A model generated the notes under the pieces. It was not told the origin of the DNA, searched no databases, and saw nothing but the letters and a program-made list of their open reading frames with translations. This document shows, piece after piece, positions 13,467 to 26,755 of a stretch of DNA of 64,000 bases (positions are counted from its first letter, which is position 1; each line of letters starts with the position of its first letter). The translations under genes and the position numbers were made by a program. This DNA comes from Vicugna vicugna (lineage: Eukaryota), in assembly GCA_013265495.1 (NCBI GenBank), contig MU058584.1, forward strand, positions 7,034,407 through 7,098,406. Reading direction: 5' to 3'.

Positions 13467-14563
13467 GTAAGTGGACATTAGCTGGGAAGAGTGGTTAGGC
13501 TTGATAGTTACTAAACAGCCATGCAGGAGATAAAGGATAGATTACAGTGTTTTGGCAGGGGCAGAGAAAAATGTCAAAAGATACACTCAGGCCCTGTAAG
13601 AGGATCTTTAAAAAAAAACAAAACTCTTGTGGTAGTTAAGTTTGAGTGTCAAGAGTCACGTATGAGCCAATAATAGGGATTAAAGGAGTCTTTAAGATAC
13701 CTTCTGCCCCACATTATTTTATCTTTAACCTACATGACCAGACAAAACCGTATATTTAAGCTCTGAGATCTAAAACTACCCAGACTTTATGTGGTTTGCT
13801 AGCAGCCATACTTATCTCCATCTGTGCCCCCAAACCTCTTCTCTTTCAAGCATGCTGCTCATGATTTCCATGGTAGGGAAGAGCTAGAGTGGCCACAAAG
13901 CACAGTAGCTGTAACACTTCCCTCCCCACAAGGAAGGTTGGACTCAACAGAATTTAATTCTTCCACTTGCAAAACACGTCTATAGAATGTTGTATGGAGA
14001 AACCTGTCTAGGCCCTCAAGCGAATAAAGTCAGCTCTTTTAATTTATGGAAATACAAAAATAAATAGGCAGGCAGGAAGGTAGATAGGTGAATGAGTGAA
14101 TAGCGAGGTGCAGTGAGCATCTCAGCAGTGAATTGAATGAAAGCATTTTAGCCTCACCATGATGCTTGTGTTGACTCATACACTATTCTAGTCATGCCGT
14201 TTGGACTGATTCTTAGAGTTATTTATTAGCGCAGGAATTTAACTTGTATTGAAAATGAAAGAAGTCATAATAAAAGAGAAACAGAATTGAAACTTCCTCA
14301 TTTGCCTCATCTTTAGTAAGTCCTCTGGAACAGTGTCTGGCAGATTACTTTCTTAGATTTTTATCTCCTCATGGCTATTCATTAACTTTCTAGGGGATTC
14401 TAATGCTAGATAAATCTAAAAGCTTTATGGATATGAACAGTCACCATTGAAATGTGGAATAAATTATGAAAAAAAGGGCAGAGAACTCTATCCTGGGAGG
14501 GTTTTTGAATTATCTTCAGGATAAAAGTTACATGTAATGTTTTTCTAAAAAAAAAATCTGTAG

Positions 14564-14689
14564 GAATCCAGGTGAATAGTCATTTTCAGCAAGAATTTCC
14601 CAGCCTGCAGGCAGCTGGGGATCAGGAAAAAAAAGAAAAAGAAGCAAATGATGACAACTATGGACCTGGACCCAGTTTACGCCCACCAA
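14564..14689 (+). CDS. PRRC2C: PRRC2C exon 5, GIQVNSHFQQEFPSL...GPSLRPP
   Basis: ctgtag| acceptor, A|gtaaga donor; 126 nt. Confidence 0.95.
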
Positions 14690-15477
14690 GTAAGAATACT
14701 TTCCATTTAATAAAAATACAGAATGAGATTATATTTGTGTTTTATCTTGTGATGTAACCTCCTGCCTGTTACTGTTGTATGTATGATGACTTGCCCAGTT
14801 TGAGAAGGCAGGCAGTAGCTGTAGTTGCTTGCCACCTAAGTTTGGTTTTTACATGAACAGCATCAGTTTGAGATCAAACTAATCATCAACTTAGAACTTG
14901 TTGAAAGTGTGTCTTGGGCTTCACACCCAACCTCCTAAATCAAAAGTCTGCATTTTAACAAGATGCCTAGGTGACATTTGCACATCAGTATTTGATCATT
15001 TTTACAGTAGTAAAATTTTTTGAGTAAACCTCCCCAATATACAAGTAAATTTATTTATAAATTATATCCATTCATTTGCTATTCTATTAATATTCAGGAA
15101 GCCCTTGCTTTCTGAGGAACCAAATCAATTTTAATAGTAAGAGATACTTGTATTTTACGTTATGAAGCAAAGACTAAAAATAGAAATAAAGTCTTCGAGA
15201 GATTTTTAAATGTCTTATTACTTATATTAGCTTCATAGTGTTGTTACCAAATATCTCCAAGAACCCTGTGTACATGGGGAGGTTCCTTTTTATAGTAATG
15301 GTTACAAATCTCTATTTCTGATAAACTGATACAGTTTGTATTTCTTTAGTTCATTTCTTACCAAGTCTGGGTAAATTATCTTTTTTGATTTTTATTTTTA
15401 TTTGCCATATGTGATTGATGAGTTTGTATTAGGAATAGATGAGTCAGCTCTACTATTTTCGTGTTCGTTTATTTTCA

Positions 15478-15915
15478 CCAGTTATCTGTTGCTGCATAAC
15501 ACATTTGGTAGCTTAAAACAACAAACTGAATTGGACTTACCATTTCATGTGATATCGTAGGGTCAGGAATCTGGCAGCCCCTTAGATGGGGGTTCTGGCT
15601 CAGGAACTCTTAACAAAATTGCTGTGAAACTGTCATTTGATGCTGACTTCACTGGGGCTGCTGTTTCAAGCCCACTCATGATGTCTCATTTATGTGTGAG
15701 CTGCTTACAACATGGCTTCCTCAGAAAAAATAAGGAAAGACAGACAATTTCCCACCAAGATGGAAACCCCTAGGCTTTCATAGTATATTCTTAGAGGAGA
15801 TACGCCAACACTTCTTCCTTATTCTACAGGTTACACAGACCATCCCTGGTACACTGCTGAGAGGGGACTACACAGAGTGTGAATACCAGGAGATAGAGAC
15901 CATTTGGACCAAACA
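15478..15915. mobile_element. MaLR LTR (MLT1-like)
   Basis: gttatctgttgctgcataac...agcttaaaacaacaaac, gggtcaggaatctggcagc, gtgtgaataccaggag. Confidence 0.7.
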
Positions 15916-16411
15916 GGGTTTCCTTGTAAAATCATTAATCTGTTTTATTTGGTTAGATAGCTGAATCAGATAATACAGTTACAAAATCTGCTCACTTGGG
16001 CACTTGAACTAGCAATAGTAGACTGAAAATGAATGAGAACATTACTGTCAGCCTTTCTGGGTTATAGAACTCCTCTCCCCTCCCCTCAGGGCACCTCAGG
16101 TATCACAGTGATTTTAATCTCTATACCAAAAATTGGTCAAGCTTATTAGGGAAGTTCTCGTATTTTCTTCCCCAACCCCAGTATTTGTTTTTGGTGGTAC
16201 CCTCTGAGGTACATCCTCTCTGCTTTGGAAGCCACTACTCTTGACTACCTAAACACCTTCAAAGCCTAGATTTCTAGTACAGCCTAGATTAGACTTTCGC
16301 TGTTCCTTCACTATGCTTTCTTGCTTAAATATACTTGAAATATGCCTAGTTAGGTTTCACTCTGTTCCATTTTCAGATTTTTTTCTTATTCTTTCTCTCT
16401 CTTCATACCAG

Positions 16412-16632
16412 ATGTTGCTTGTTGGAGAGATGGTGGTAAGTCTGCTGGTACACCTGTAACATCTGACCAAGATGAAAAGCCTGGCCAGGATGAAAGCACA
16501 GCTGGAACATCAGAGCAAAATGATATCCTCAAAGTGGTGGAAAAGAGGATAGCTTGTGGTCCTCCACAGGCTAAACTGAATGGACAGCAGCCTGCCCTAG
16601 CTTCCCAATACAGAGCTGTGATGCCTCCTTAT
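16412..16632 (+). CDS. PRRC2C: PRRC2C exon 6, NVACWRDGGK...RAVMPPY
   Basis: Pyrimidine tract plus accag| acceptor, TAT|gtgagt donor; 221 nt. Confidence 0.95.
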
Positions 16633-19405
16633 GTGAGTATTGTTACATCAGCAAGTGGTTAAATAAGAGGTTTTTGACCTGGGTCAAAGGAAAGAATTGG
16701 AATGGACAAAGGTTTAGGTCCTCATTTTCATTAACATCTGACTAAAAATTGGCATTTTCTTTGATTTTGAATTTAGGAATCATAAAGTATCAGCAGTACT
16801 TTTGTTTTTATTCTTAATAAGGAATCATAGGTATTTTCATATCATGTTGCATTGTTTTTAGGTATTGCAGATGTTGTTTATGTTCAGTGTTACTTCAGAA
16901 TACTTATTAGTGTTATTTCATGACCTGTCAGCTAATGAAGCACATACATTATTGCTGTATCGCAAGTTTGTTTTTTAAGTATTATGGTAACAGAATTTTA
17001 GTATAATTGTTTTCCTTTGTAATGCTGTGTTTTTGATTATTCATTTTAAAGCATTTTTCTATGAGAAGAGTCCATAGGATTTACCAGACTACCTAAGGGG
17101 GTTGTTCATAGCACAAAAAAGGTTAATACCTGCTTTAGTTCTGAAGATTTTATTAATATACTTTTAATTTTTTTAAACTTTACATTATGGAATATTTTTA
17201 ATATATGCAACAATAGAAATAAAACAATGAACCTCCCATATCTACTGTACATCTTCGAAAGTTACCAATTTGTGATCAGTCTTGTTTCACCTCTTTCCTA
17301 CCACCTGGGGTTACTAAACAAATCCTAGGTATATCATTTATATGCATCATATATATTTTAGTTTTCACTTTAAAAAATGAAGATTAGGGGGGAAGTCCAC
17401 AGTACCATTATCACCTAAAAAGAAAATTCTTTTTAAAATACCAAGTTATTCCAGTTTCCCTGATTATCTCACATTTAGGATCCTGATACATCTATTCCTT
17501 GAGATCAGTTGATATTTTTCTTAGGAATCTTGTTGTTTATGGATACCTCTTTCCCTCCCCATCTCTTATTTTCTTCAGTGCTTACCTGTTATAATTCATT
17601 TGCTATCCTGTGGAATTTCTCATAGTCTGGATTTTGCTGATTCCATCTTTGTAGTTTCATCTAATACATACTTCTGACTCCTATGTCTCCTATAAAATAG
17701 TAGTTAGATTTGGTTCCCTCATTCAGTTGTTTGCTCTACTCTGAAATTACATGGCAAGTTACATGCGCTCAAGTAAATTTACATCTTTCAGAAGACCTTT
17801 ACTTTCAAAGGGAAGAACAATCTAATTCTTACATTTATTTTTCTTATGACTTAACTTCTAAGTATTCAAGTTCTAACAATCCGTATTTTCTATTTTTTCT
17901 TTGTATTATTATGAACCATTCTAAGGTAGAGGAGGGAAATGAATGATTAAATACAACTGTTAAATATGTTCTTTCAAAAATTGGGGTATATGATAAAAAT
18001 CAATCTTATATACTAACCTGACCTTGAAAAATAGTTTATACCCAACTACTTATCTCCTAATAATTTTCAAATTGTGCTTCCAAAGATCACTGAATTTCCA
18101 GGTGTAGGGGTGGGATAGGCTAAGGGAAAGTAAGTTGGGAGATCAAGTGTGCTTTGTTCCCAGCTTCATCAGTAAATCTATTTGAATAGTTTTGTACTAG
18201 TTAAAAACAAAAACGTTTCAAAAACCACTAATAATATTAGATTATTTTTGCAGTTAATTCTGTAGCAGATTTCTAAATTTTAAACATGTAATACCACATG
18301 AAGTTAATCTCTGCATGAATAATCAGAAGGATCTAATGCAATTTAACCCATGAACAGTTGCCTCCTGTAGTATATATGCTGATTTCAGTGTAGAAGTGTG
18401 ATGCAACCAGAAATTCTCCGGAGTATCCCCAAACAAAAAGCTTCTCCAGTTGAATTTCAGCTGCTGCTTAATTTTGCTCCAGCCCTACTTAGAAATTTCT
18501 TCTTTACATAGCACAATCGTATAAACATAACCTTCCTGCAAATATAATTTCCTCATTTAAAAGTTTTTTTAAAGAAAAATTAATCTATTTCAGTATATAA
18601 ATTATGTATTTAAGATAATACAATTTCTTCTTCCCCTCCCTTCCCTTATTTGACCTGGATATGAGCAGACGGTAACTAACCAAGTGCTCCTTGACATTTC
18701 TTCCCTTCCAAATCATAGGATGAATCCCTTAGAATTAGTATTTATCTTAATAATCTATCTTATTGATTCTCCTAAACTCAGCTTCTCAAAGCTAAGTTCC
18801 CACGGAGAGCATCATCTTTGGACCACAGTATATTACTGTCTGTGTACTAACTTGACTCAGAATCCACCTATGCTCCATAGAAAATCCCATAGAAAATCTC
18901 CCAGATAACTCCCTACCCACCTCCTTCAACTTCCTTGGTTTATGGACTATCCTTTCGTCTGACATGAGTTCCTCTTTACCAGCAAATGTACTTTCAGTTA
19001 GTTAGTCTACTCTTACATTAGGATGAGGTCTCAGATTATTTCAAGTATTTGAACTTGGTTAAGAAAACTTTGCAGTTTTCTGGAGTGCATGCTTGTAGTC
19101 ATTTTTTAGTTTTTCTTTTCAGTACACAGTCATTTTTATGTAACTTTGTTGATAGGATAAAAGAAGTTCTTCATATGTATGTTCTAGTTATTATCTCATT
19201 TGTAATGACTCGGTGGAGGTGGCAGTATTACTTGTTAGCTTGTTATTGAGGGTGAATGATGATCTATGCCAGTAGAAGAAATTAGTCATTCACAGTACTG
19301 TTTATTTTAATTATTTCTGTAAATTGTAATTTCAGGCTTAGTCAAGGTGATCCATTTTTTAATAACTGGGTAGCTAAATTTATCAACTTTGTTTCCTTTA
19401 TCTAG

Positions 19406-19488
19406 ATGTTTCAGCAGTATCCAAGGATGGCCTATCCTCCTCTGCATGGTCCCATGAGGTTTCCGCCTTCTTTATCTGAAACAAACAA
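19406..19488 (+). CDS. PRRC2C: PRRC2C exon 7, MFQQYPRM...SETNK
   Basis: tctag| acceptor, AA|gtaaga donor; 83 nt. Confidence 0.95.
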
Positions 19489-20118
19489 GTAAGACTATTA
19501 AATGATTGAAGTCTGCAAGGTATATATGTATGCTAGTTAAGATTTTCTGGAGGTTGAGTAGATTATGGTGATTTATTACTCTGTCCTCAAGATACAGCTG
19601 CTGTGAACAACTAATTAGCTAACTTTTGGAAGACAGAACAGAAATACTTTATTCTTCCAAAACTTTAAATCAGTTACATAAAATTTTGAAAAATGAAAGT
19701 TATGGCCCTAAAATTGATGATATTTATCACTTCTTCCTTCCACGATGTTGATAACCCACCATTCTCTCTTTTATTTTGCTTAATATAAGACTTGAGCATC
19801 CTCCTGAATGATGGTTCTTCTTCAGGTTCTTTATTTTGAGATTAGTATTAGTCTTAGCCATATTATTTAACATATATTTGTTTTATTTGAAATGTTTGAA
19901 AACTTTGTCTATTAAATATTTGCATAAGAAATACATTATATATTGTAAATTTATGTATTTTATAATCGTTTCATACACGTCAAGTGTCAAGTATTTTTAA
20001 ATCACAGTGTAGAAAGCACTAATATTGAAATGAACTAAATTCAGATCTTTAAATATTTTCCTAATTTAGTATCATTAAAACTTTGTATCCTTTTCCCTCA
20101 TAACCTGTCATTGGTTAG

Positions 20119-20252
20119 AAGCCTTCGAGGAAGAGGCCCACCTCCTTCATGGGCCTCTGAGCCTGAACGCCCCTCCATCCTTAGTGCATCAGAGCTTAAG
20201 GAGCTTGATAAATTTGATAACCTAGATGCTGAAGCTGATGAAGGTTGGGCAG
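20119..20252 (+). CDS. PRRC2C: PRRC2C exon 8, SLRGRGPPPSW...DEGWA
   Basis: gttag| acceptor, G|gtaaga donor; 134 nt. Confidence 0.94.
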
Positions 20253-20329
20253 GTAAGAGGCAAACTTAATTAAGCACTTTTTTTTAGATGCTTTGAAACA
20301 GTCAATCTGAGTTCTCCTTAATTTAATAG

Positions 20330-20417
20330 GTGCTCAGATGGAGGTAGATTATACGGAACAGCTGAATTTCAGTGATGACGATGAGCAGGGAAGTAGTAGT
20401 CCGAAAGAAAACAGCAG
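20330..20417 (+). CDS. PRRC2C: PRRC2C exon 9, GAQMEVDYTEQLNFSDDD...KENS
   Basis: aatag| acceptor, AG|gtaagt donor; 88 nt; preceded by a 77-nt intron. Confidence 0.95.
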
Positions 20418-21458
20418 GTAAGTTGTTATGGTGTCTTTTACTAATAATAGGGTGAATTTGTTGATGTAACATGAGCCATGTATGCAGAGAGGCTTCACTA
20501 ATAGGTATTTGTTCCCCTTTGATAGAATTTCCACATTCTACTCTGAAGACTTTCACTGAGTGAAAAGGTGATAAATGAGCCAAATTTTTAAAGTACAGAT
20601 AATCAAAGAATTATGAGTTTAATGTTTCTAAAGAAAATACTTTGTTTTTACAAACGAAGATATTTCGATGCTTGTCATCTAATTGGAAATATTTTGAGAG
20701 ACAGTATCAGGGACCAGTTAAAACTTGTTACTTGCTAGACATGATCAATTGGAGAAAAATTACTTGGGTTCCCAGCTGCTTCAAGTCTTTGATTTTCTAA
20801 GCTTAAAAAGGAGCATTAAAGCCTTAGAAAATGGTAGCTTTTCCTCTTTCTTTTCTGGAATACAGGGGCATCAGAGTAAGGAATATGTGGGTTATGAAGC
20901 ATAAAAGTTGGGCTCTTAAAGTACACAAGAGCTTGCATGCTTATGTTGGTATAGTTTTTCAGCCACAGTGTTGTAATGTGTTGCTGTTTCGTGATCAGTT
21001 GTGAGATGCCTGTGATTTGTTGTGACTTAAAAATACTGCAGTATGATTTCTCTTTTTCATTAAATCAGAACAGATTAGAGTAAATTAGAATACATTTATT
21101 AATTAATTTCCTGAAATATTACTCAGTTTCTTTCAGATGAGAGTTTTGGGTGGGGGTAATAGAAAATGGCGGGATCATATTGTGTGTCAAGTATGAGTAT
21201 TCATGTTTGACAAGTACTATATTGCATCTTCTGTCTCGTGGCCAAGCCCGATCCCTATCACATCATAGGCATTTAGCATGTATTTCTTGAATGAGTGAAT
21301 TAGCATCACTAGGGTACAAAACAGTCTCATTCCGTGATACATTTTCCCCCTGAAACCATATGGAAATAATGTCTTTTTTACACTGAGAAAATGCATTTAC
21401 TTACGTATGACTGTCCATCCACTGTACTTTTTATTTCACCTGGATTTTGATTCTTCAG

Positions 21459-21603
21459 TGAGGATCAAGGTTCAAAAGCCTCTGAAAACACTGAAAACCG
21501 AAAAGAAGCAGATGAAGTTTGCAACACTAAGTCATCTTCTCAGATACCTGCCCAGCCATCAGTAGCAAAAGGTCCCTATGGGAAAGGACCTCCATTTAAT
21601 CAG
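21459..21603 (+). CDS. PRRC2C: PRRC2C exon 10, SEDQGSKAS...GPPFNQ
   Basis: ttcag| acceptor, CAG|gtttgt donor; 145 nt. Confidence 0.93.
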
Positions 21604-23141
21604 GTTTGTTGAACACATGGAGATCCTTGTCACTGCAGACAAGTGACGAGGGTGAATTACTCTCATAAAGTTGGAAACAAACTTAGGAAAAAGGAATACA
21701 TATTTTTTTCTTTAAACAGCTCTAGACCTAAGCCACATTTTTATTGCATACTAACAGGAATTATCAATGCAGTAGCTACAATTGTCAAGTAGAAACTGAA
21801 GTTACATTCCCCCTCCCCTCTGTAACAACTTGGTTATGTCAGAGTGGAGAGAGAAATTGTTTTTCCAAACTAACATAGCTGAAGTGCTTTGTGGCTTTAC
21901 TGAGTGCTTTGTAAATCCTAATATTCATGTGTGAAACTATGCTGTCTGAGCAGGGAAATCATACTAGAAAGTAGAGAAATCTATGAAGCCTGAGCCATTT
22001 TGAAGAGTGTTGTTAAAGAAGGGAGGTTATGTGGGCAACAGATAACACTTGATCCTTACTTCTAAGATGTAGCAAGAACTGCATTGCAGAGTGAGAATTA
22101 CAAAGGGCTACCTTCCGGAGAGCCTCCTCATAGTATACTGAGCGTATTTGTTGAATTCATACAGAACAGATGGAGGAGTCAGTGCCTGCAGGGAGGTAAA
22201 AGTAAGTAGGTAACAGTCTCAGTGAAAAAAAAAAAAGAGGAAAAAAAGACAGCAAGCATCTTTTACGTTACAGTGTTGTAAGTGCTGTGATAGCATGTGC
22301 AAAGAAAATTCTGTGTAAAAAATTTCACTAAAGACTTCATACTTGAAGCAGGAATTAACCAGTAAACAAAGGAAAGACAGAGATTCCAAGCAGTGGGAAC
22401 ATGTTTAGAGTAGAGAAGTGGAAAAGCACGGCCCATTCAAGTCCCCAGTAATTTGATGTGGGAAAGGAATCAGATCGCTATGTGAGAACTAGTACTTCTT
22501 AAGCCTTGTATGCTGTACAAGGTATTGGTTAGCCGTTGGAAAATGAATTTGAATTCTGAAGAAGGATATTAATAGTAACTTCTTAAGAAAAATGTGTTTT
22601 GTGTGACTTTTAACTTAGCATTATGGGGAATGATAAAAGGAAACAGAAACATCAAAGACCATGTCTTGATGTTTTGATTCATGTGTATGTTACTGATACA
22701 TATATTAGTGAGTGACTATTTCATATTTTATATCTGGTTCCAACGTTTTAGCTGTTTCTTTTCTTTATATAGACCTCACAGTTCTAGTTTGCCATTTTAA
22801 AAAAATCCATAAAAATAATAAGGCTTCCATAAATAAAAATATGAAATTAGAGGTATACTTCTTCATGGCCAAATTACTTGGGCTAGAGTTAGAATTTGAA
22901 CGCTAAGATTCTACTCTTAACAAAGATAATTTGAGGTTGTGACTTTACTGAAATGGCTGAGGGATTATGTGGAATGTAAGGTTATCTTGCAGTGAGTGAT
23001 AGGCTTTTATTAAAAGGGGGATAAGAATAAAGATGGTTTACTTTTTACGATCTTGTGTTCTCACTGAAAAATAGTACATTCAGAAATTTTTCAAGTAGAT
23101 GCCTTTTGTCTTACTTTGTAAAAAATTCTTCTTTATAATAG

Positions 23142-23195
23142 GATCGTGGGCCGTCCTCACACTTGCCACCACCTCCAAAGTTGCTTGCGCAGCAG
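23142..23195 (+). CDS. PRRC2C: PRRC2C exon 11, DRGPSSHLPPPPKLLAQQ
   Basis: aatag| acceptor, CAG|gtaaat donor; 54 nt, phase 0-0. Confidence 0.93.
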
Positions 23196-23329
23196 GTAAA
23201 TCTTAACTAAATGCTTGTTCATGGTCTATATGTATTATTTGCTTATTTGTTTTAATGGATAGATTCTGTATGTGTTACTTATTTATAATTTTCATGAAAC
23301 ACTTACTGACTTTACCATGTAGCTCCTGC

Positions 23330-24800
23330 GATTCTTCCTCTTTAACGAGTCCCTCTTGATTCTCAGCTGATGAGCATACTCCTGATTGTTCTAAGGAAAT
23401 AAGAAGCATTTGTTCTTCCCATTTAAATGCCCTTCCTGTTCCGACTTTCTTCCTGTTGTCCTTGCTGCTGAGGACAACCCTTCTGTTTGTTCCCTGGATC
23501 CCATCTTCTGTCACTTTCTGGTAATCTCTCTCATCTTAAAAAAAAAAAAAGTTTAAGAAAAACCAACCCTTCTTTAATTCCCACTACCCTCCTCCCTCTG
23601 CTGTTTCCTCCCTATATCTCTGTTCCCTTTCATGGCAAAATGTTTAGTGAACTATCCACACTTACTGCCTTCACCTTCTCTCTTATTAACCCTCTCCAGT
23701 TATGTTTTCATCTTCCACTGTACCTTTGAAACTGTTATTATCAAGGTCAGTTACTATTATCAAGAATAATAACTGTTCTGTCTTGCCAAATACCGTTCTC
23801 TTGTCTTCATTTACTTAATCTCAGCAGTAGTTCACATAATCTCTTCATCCTTCTATCCTCCTTAAAACACTTTTTTAAAACCTGCTTTTGAGACAGCACA
23901 CTATTTTGTTCTCTTTCTTCAATTTATATTCCTTCTGGACCTCCTACTGGCCCTTGGGTGTTGGAGGGCACAGGACTGTGGTCTCATTCCTTTTTCTAAC
24001 TATATCCTTTCCCTAGGGGATCTCATCTGGTGGCATTCAACGTATATCTCGAGCCCTTAAAACTCTACCCTGAAAAAAGTCATGTATTCAGCAATCAGCT
24101 CAACATTTCCACTTGGATCTCTGAAAGATAATCTGTTGTGGTTTAGTATGCTTAAACCATAACAAACCCCCCACTCCCACACTTCTGCCACACTTCCTCA
24201 GTTCTGCCACTTTTTTCCCCATCTTCCCTATCTCAGGTAATAACATTGCTCAGATTAAAACCTGAAAGTCACTCTTATATCTTCCTTCTTTTTTACTTTA
24301 TGTATCTAGCCTAATCTATCAACAAATTATGTCACCTCTACCTTTAAAATATATTCTTACACTGAGCACTTGCTACCATATGATATATTTCATTTAGACT
24401 GTTGCTGTAGATTCCTAATAGGTCTTCTGGTTTTCCCCTCTTTGCTGCCTGCCCACTCACCACCTCTATCCACAATTCTCCTATAGTAGATATAACTGTT
24501 TAAATTTATGTATTTATTAGGTCAGTCATTCTTTGCTCAGGCTCTTTTCATGATCTTTAAGGTCCCTTTCTACTTTTCTGATTTCATCTGCTTTTCTTCC
24601 TCTTTGTTCTTGCCACACAAGCTTTATTGCTACTGTTTTTATTTTACCTTCAAGACATTTTATTTGCTGTTTCCTGTAACTTAGAAGACTCTCCCTGAGA
24701 TTCTTCCTGTGGCCAAGTTCTTTGCTCAGATATCACCACTTAACAAGCTTCCCTGATCACTCTACTGTGAGAGGTGCACATACCACATCACTGTCATCTC
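23330..24800 (+). mobile_element. L2 LINE fragment (degraded)
   Basis: Pyrimidine-rich L2 text: tcaaggtca, tccctaggggatctcatc, aacatttccacttggat, ctctacctttaaaatata, tttgctcagatatcacc. Confidence 0.7.
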
Positions 24801-24899
24801 CACCACTGAATGCATTTCTATACACATATAAGCTAAAACTAAAACATTTAGCAGAAAACGTCTTTTTTAATGAAGATCTTGAATAAGACACAAAAGCCA

Positions 24900-25960
24900 T
24901 GAATTAGAAATAAAAAAGAAATTGATCAGTTGGACTTTGAAAAACATCTCTAAGGGAAAGATACGTTACAGAAATATATTATTCATATGCCTGACAAAGA
25001 ACTTATATTGGGAGATATAATTACAACTCAGTAATAAGACAAATAGCCCTGCAAAATGATTTGAACATTCACTTCACAAAATAAGACATACAAATGGCTA
25101 GTAAGCACATGAAAAGATATTCAGTATCTTTAGTCACCAGGAAAATGCAAATTAAAACAACAATGAAATTTTTGTTACACATCCAAACTTTGACAGGCTG
25201 ATGACACCAAATGTTGGCAAGGGTGTAGAGCAGCTAACCTCACACATTGCTGGTGGGGCTGTAAAACCTTGTAATCACTTTGAAACATAGTTTGACATTT
25301 TCTCATATAGTAAAACATACACTTGCTATAGGTATTTATCCGAGAGAAATGAAAATGCACATTTACACAGAGGCTTAAGTATAAATGCCCATAGCTGTTT
25401 TACTCCTAGTTAAAAAATTAGAGTGGGGGAGGGTATAGCTCAGTGGTAGAGTGCATGCTTAGCATGCCCGAGGTCCTGGGTTCAAGCCCCACTAACGCCT
25501 CCAAATATAAATAAATAAACCCAATTATGCCCCCCCATAAAGAGAAAAGAAAAAACATCATTAAAAATATTTATCAAAAAAATAAATAAAAATTAAAAAC
25601 TAGAAGCAGTCCCCATGCCCATCCACATATGAAATGATATATGCCTATGATAGAATACCATCCAGCAATAGAATGGAGCAAGCCACTGATAAACGCAGTG
25701 ACTTCAGAACCATTACCCTGAGCACAAAAAGCCAGATACAAAAGGGAATGTAATTTGATGTATGCATTTATATGAAATTCTGGGAAAGGCCGGTTGCCTG
25801 GGACCAGGGGTTCAGGCACAGGACTGATGAAAATGCTCTATACTGATTGGAGCAGTAGTTTCATAAATGTATCGTTTGTACAAACTCATCAAACTATACA
25901 GTTAAAATACATACATCACATTTTATGTAAACTATACTTCAATGAAGTTGCTTTTAAAAA
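24900..25960 (+). mobile_element. Old L1 3' region (sense), interrupted by a SINE
   Basis: aaatggctagtaagcacatgaaaagatattcag, ggaaaatgcaaattaaaac, aaactcatcaaactatacagttaaaat. Confidence 0.8.
25425..25595 (+). mobile_element. vic-1-type SINE with intact Pol III A and B boxes
   Basis: GGGGGAGGGTATAGCTCAGTGGTAGAGTGCATGCTTAGCATGCCCGAGGTCCTGGGTTCAAGCCCC plus A-rich tail. Confidence 0.92.
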
Positions 25961-26755
25961 ATGCTTATACTATGAGTTTACGGTATAAATTAGGTACTTT
26001 GATTTAGTTGTTTTTGCAGCTTGTCTTCGAGCTGTAGGTGATGTAGCAGAACACCAGAGAGATTAAGCAGTTTGCCTAAAGACAGCACTGTTAATGAATG
26101 GTAGAATCTGGATCCATGGGGTTTTTTTGTAAGTATTCAGTCCAGTGTTTTCATCATAACATTATTTTCTTTTTACAAGGATTCCGACTATTATAGGGCT
26201 TTCAAAGTTTCTTCACCCTAGTAGCTGTTAAAACCAATGTCTTCTAAACAGATTTTTTAAGTTACTTGATGTTTGAGCCCTTCATGTGCTTTTTTCATTC
26301 TGCATGTCTTTGCATAGTTGCTGGCAGTGATTTTAGAATTGTTTTAGAACACATTAATTGAAAATTGAATCATTAAAACCCAGTCTCTCAGGTGATCTTC
26401 CCGTAGTCCACTATGGGATCTAGATAGCCCTTTCCAGATATGTTGGAATTGTTAGCTGTCTTCATTGTGGTGGTGGTTTTGTAGGTGTATACATCTATCA
26501 AAATACATCAAATTGTATATCTGAAATATGTGTAGTTTAACTGTACAGAAATTACACCACAATAAAGTTGTTTAAAAACAATAAAGTAAAAATAAAGACA
26601 CCCCTCTCTTTACCTAGGCTGATCTGTAGGAATTTCCTCTTGGGCGTGGCAGCAGCCGCAGCGTCTCCACTTCTTCCCTTAGCTTTGGCCTTCTGGTCTT
26701 TCCTTGTAACTGTACCTCAGTTCTCAGGGCTCATGTGGTGCCATGTTGCATCTTT

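Noticed and set aside
12904..13478. ORFs of 96, 104 and 176 aa
   Set aside because: Produced by the stop-free (TTCC)n microsatellite.
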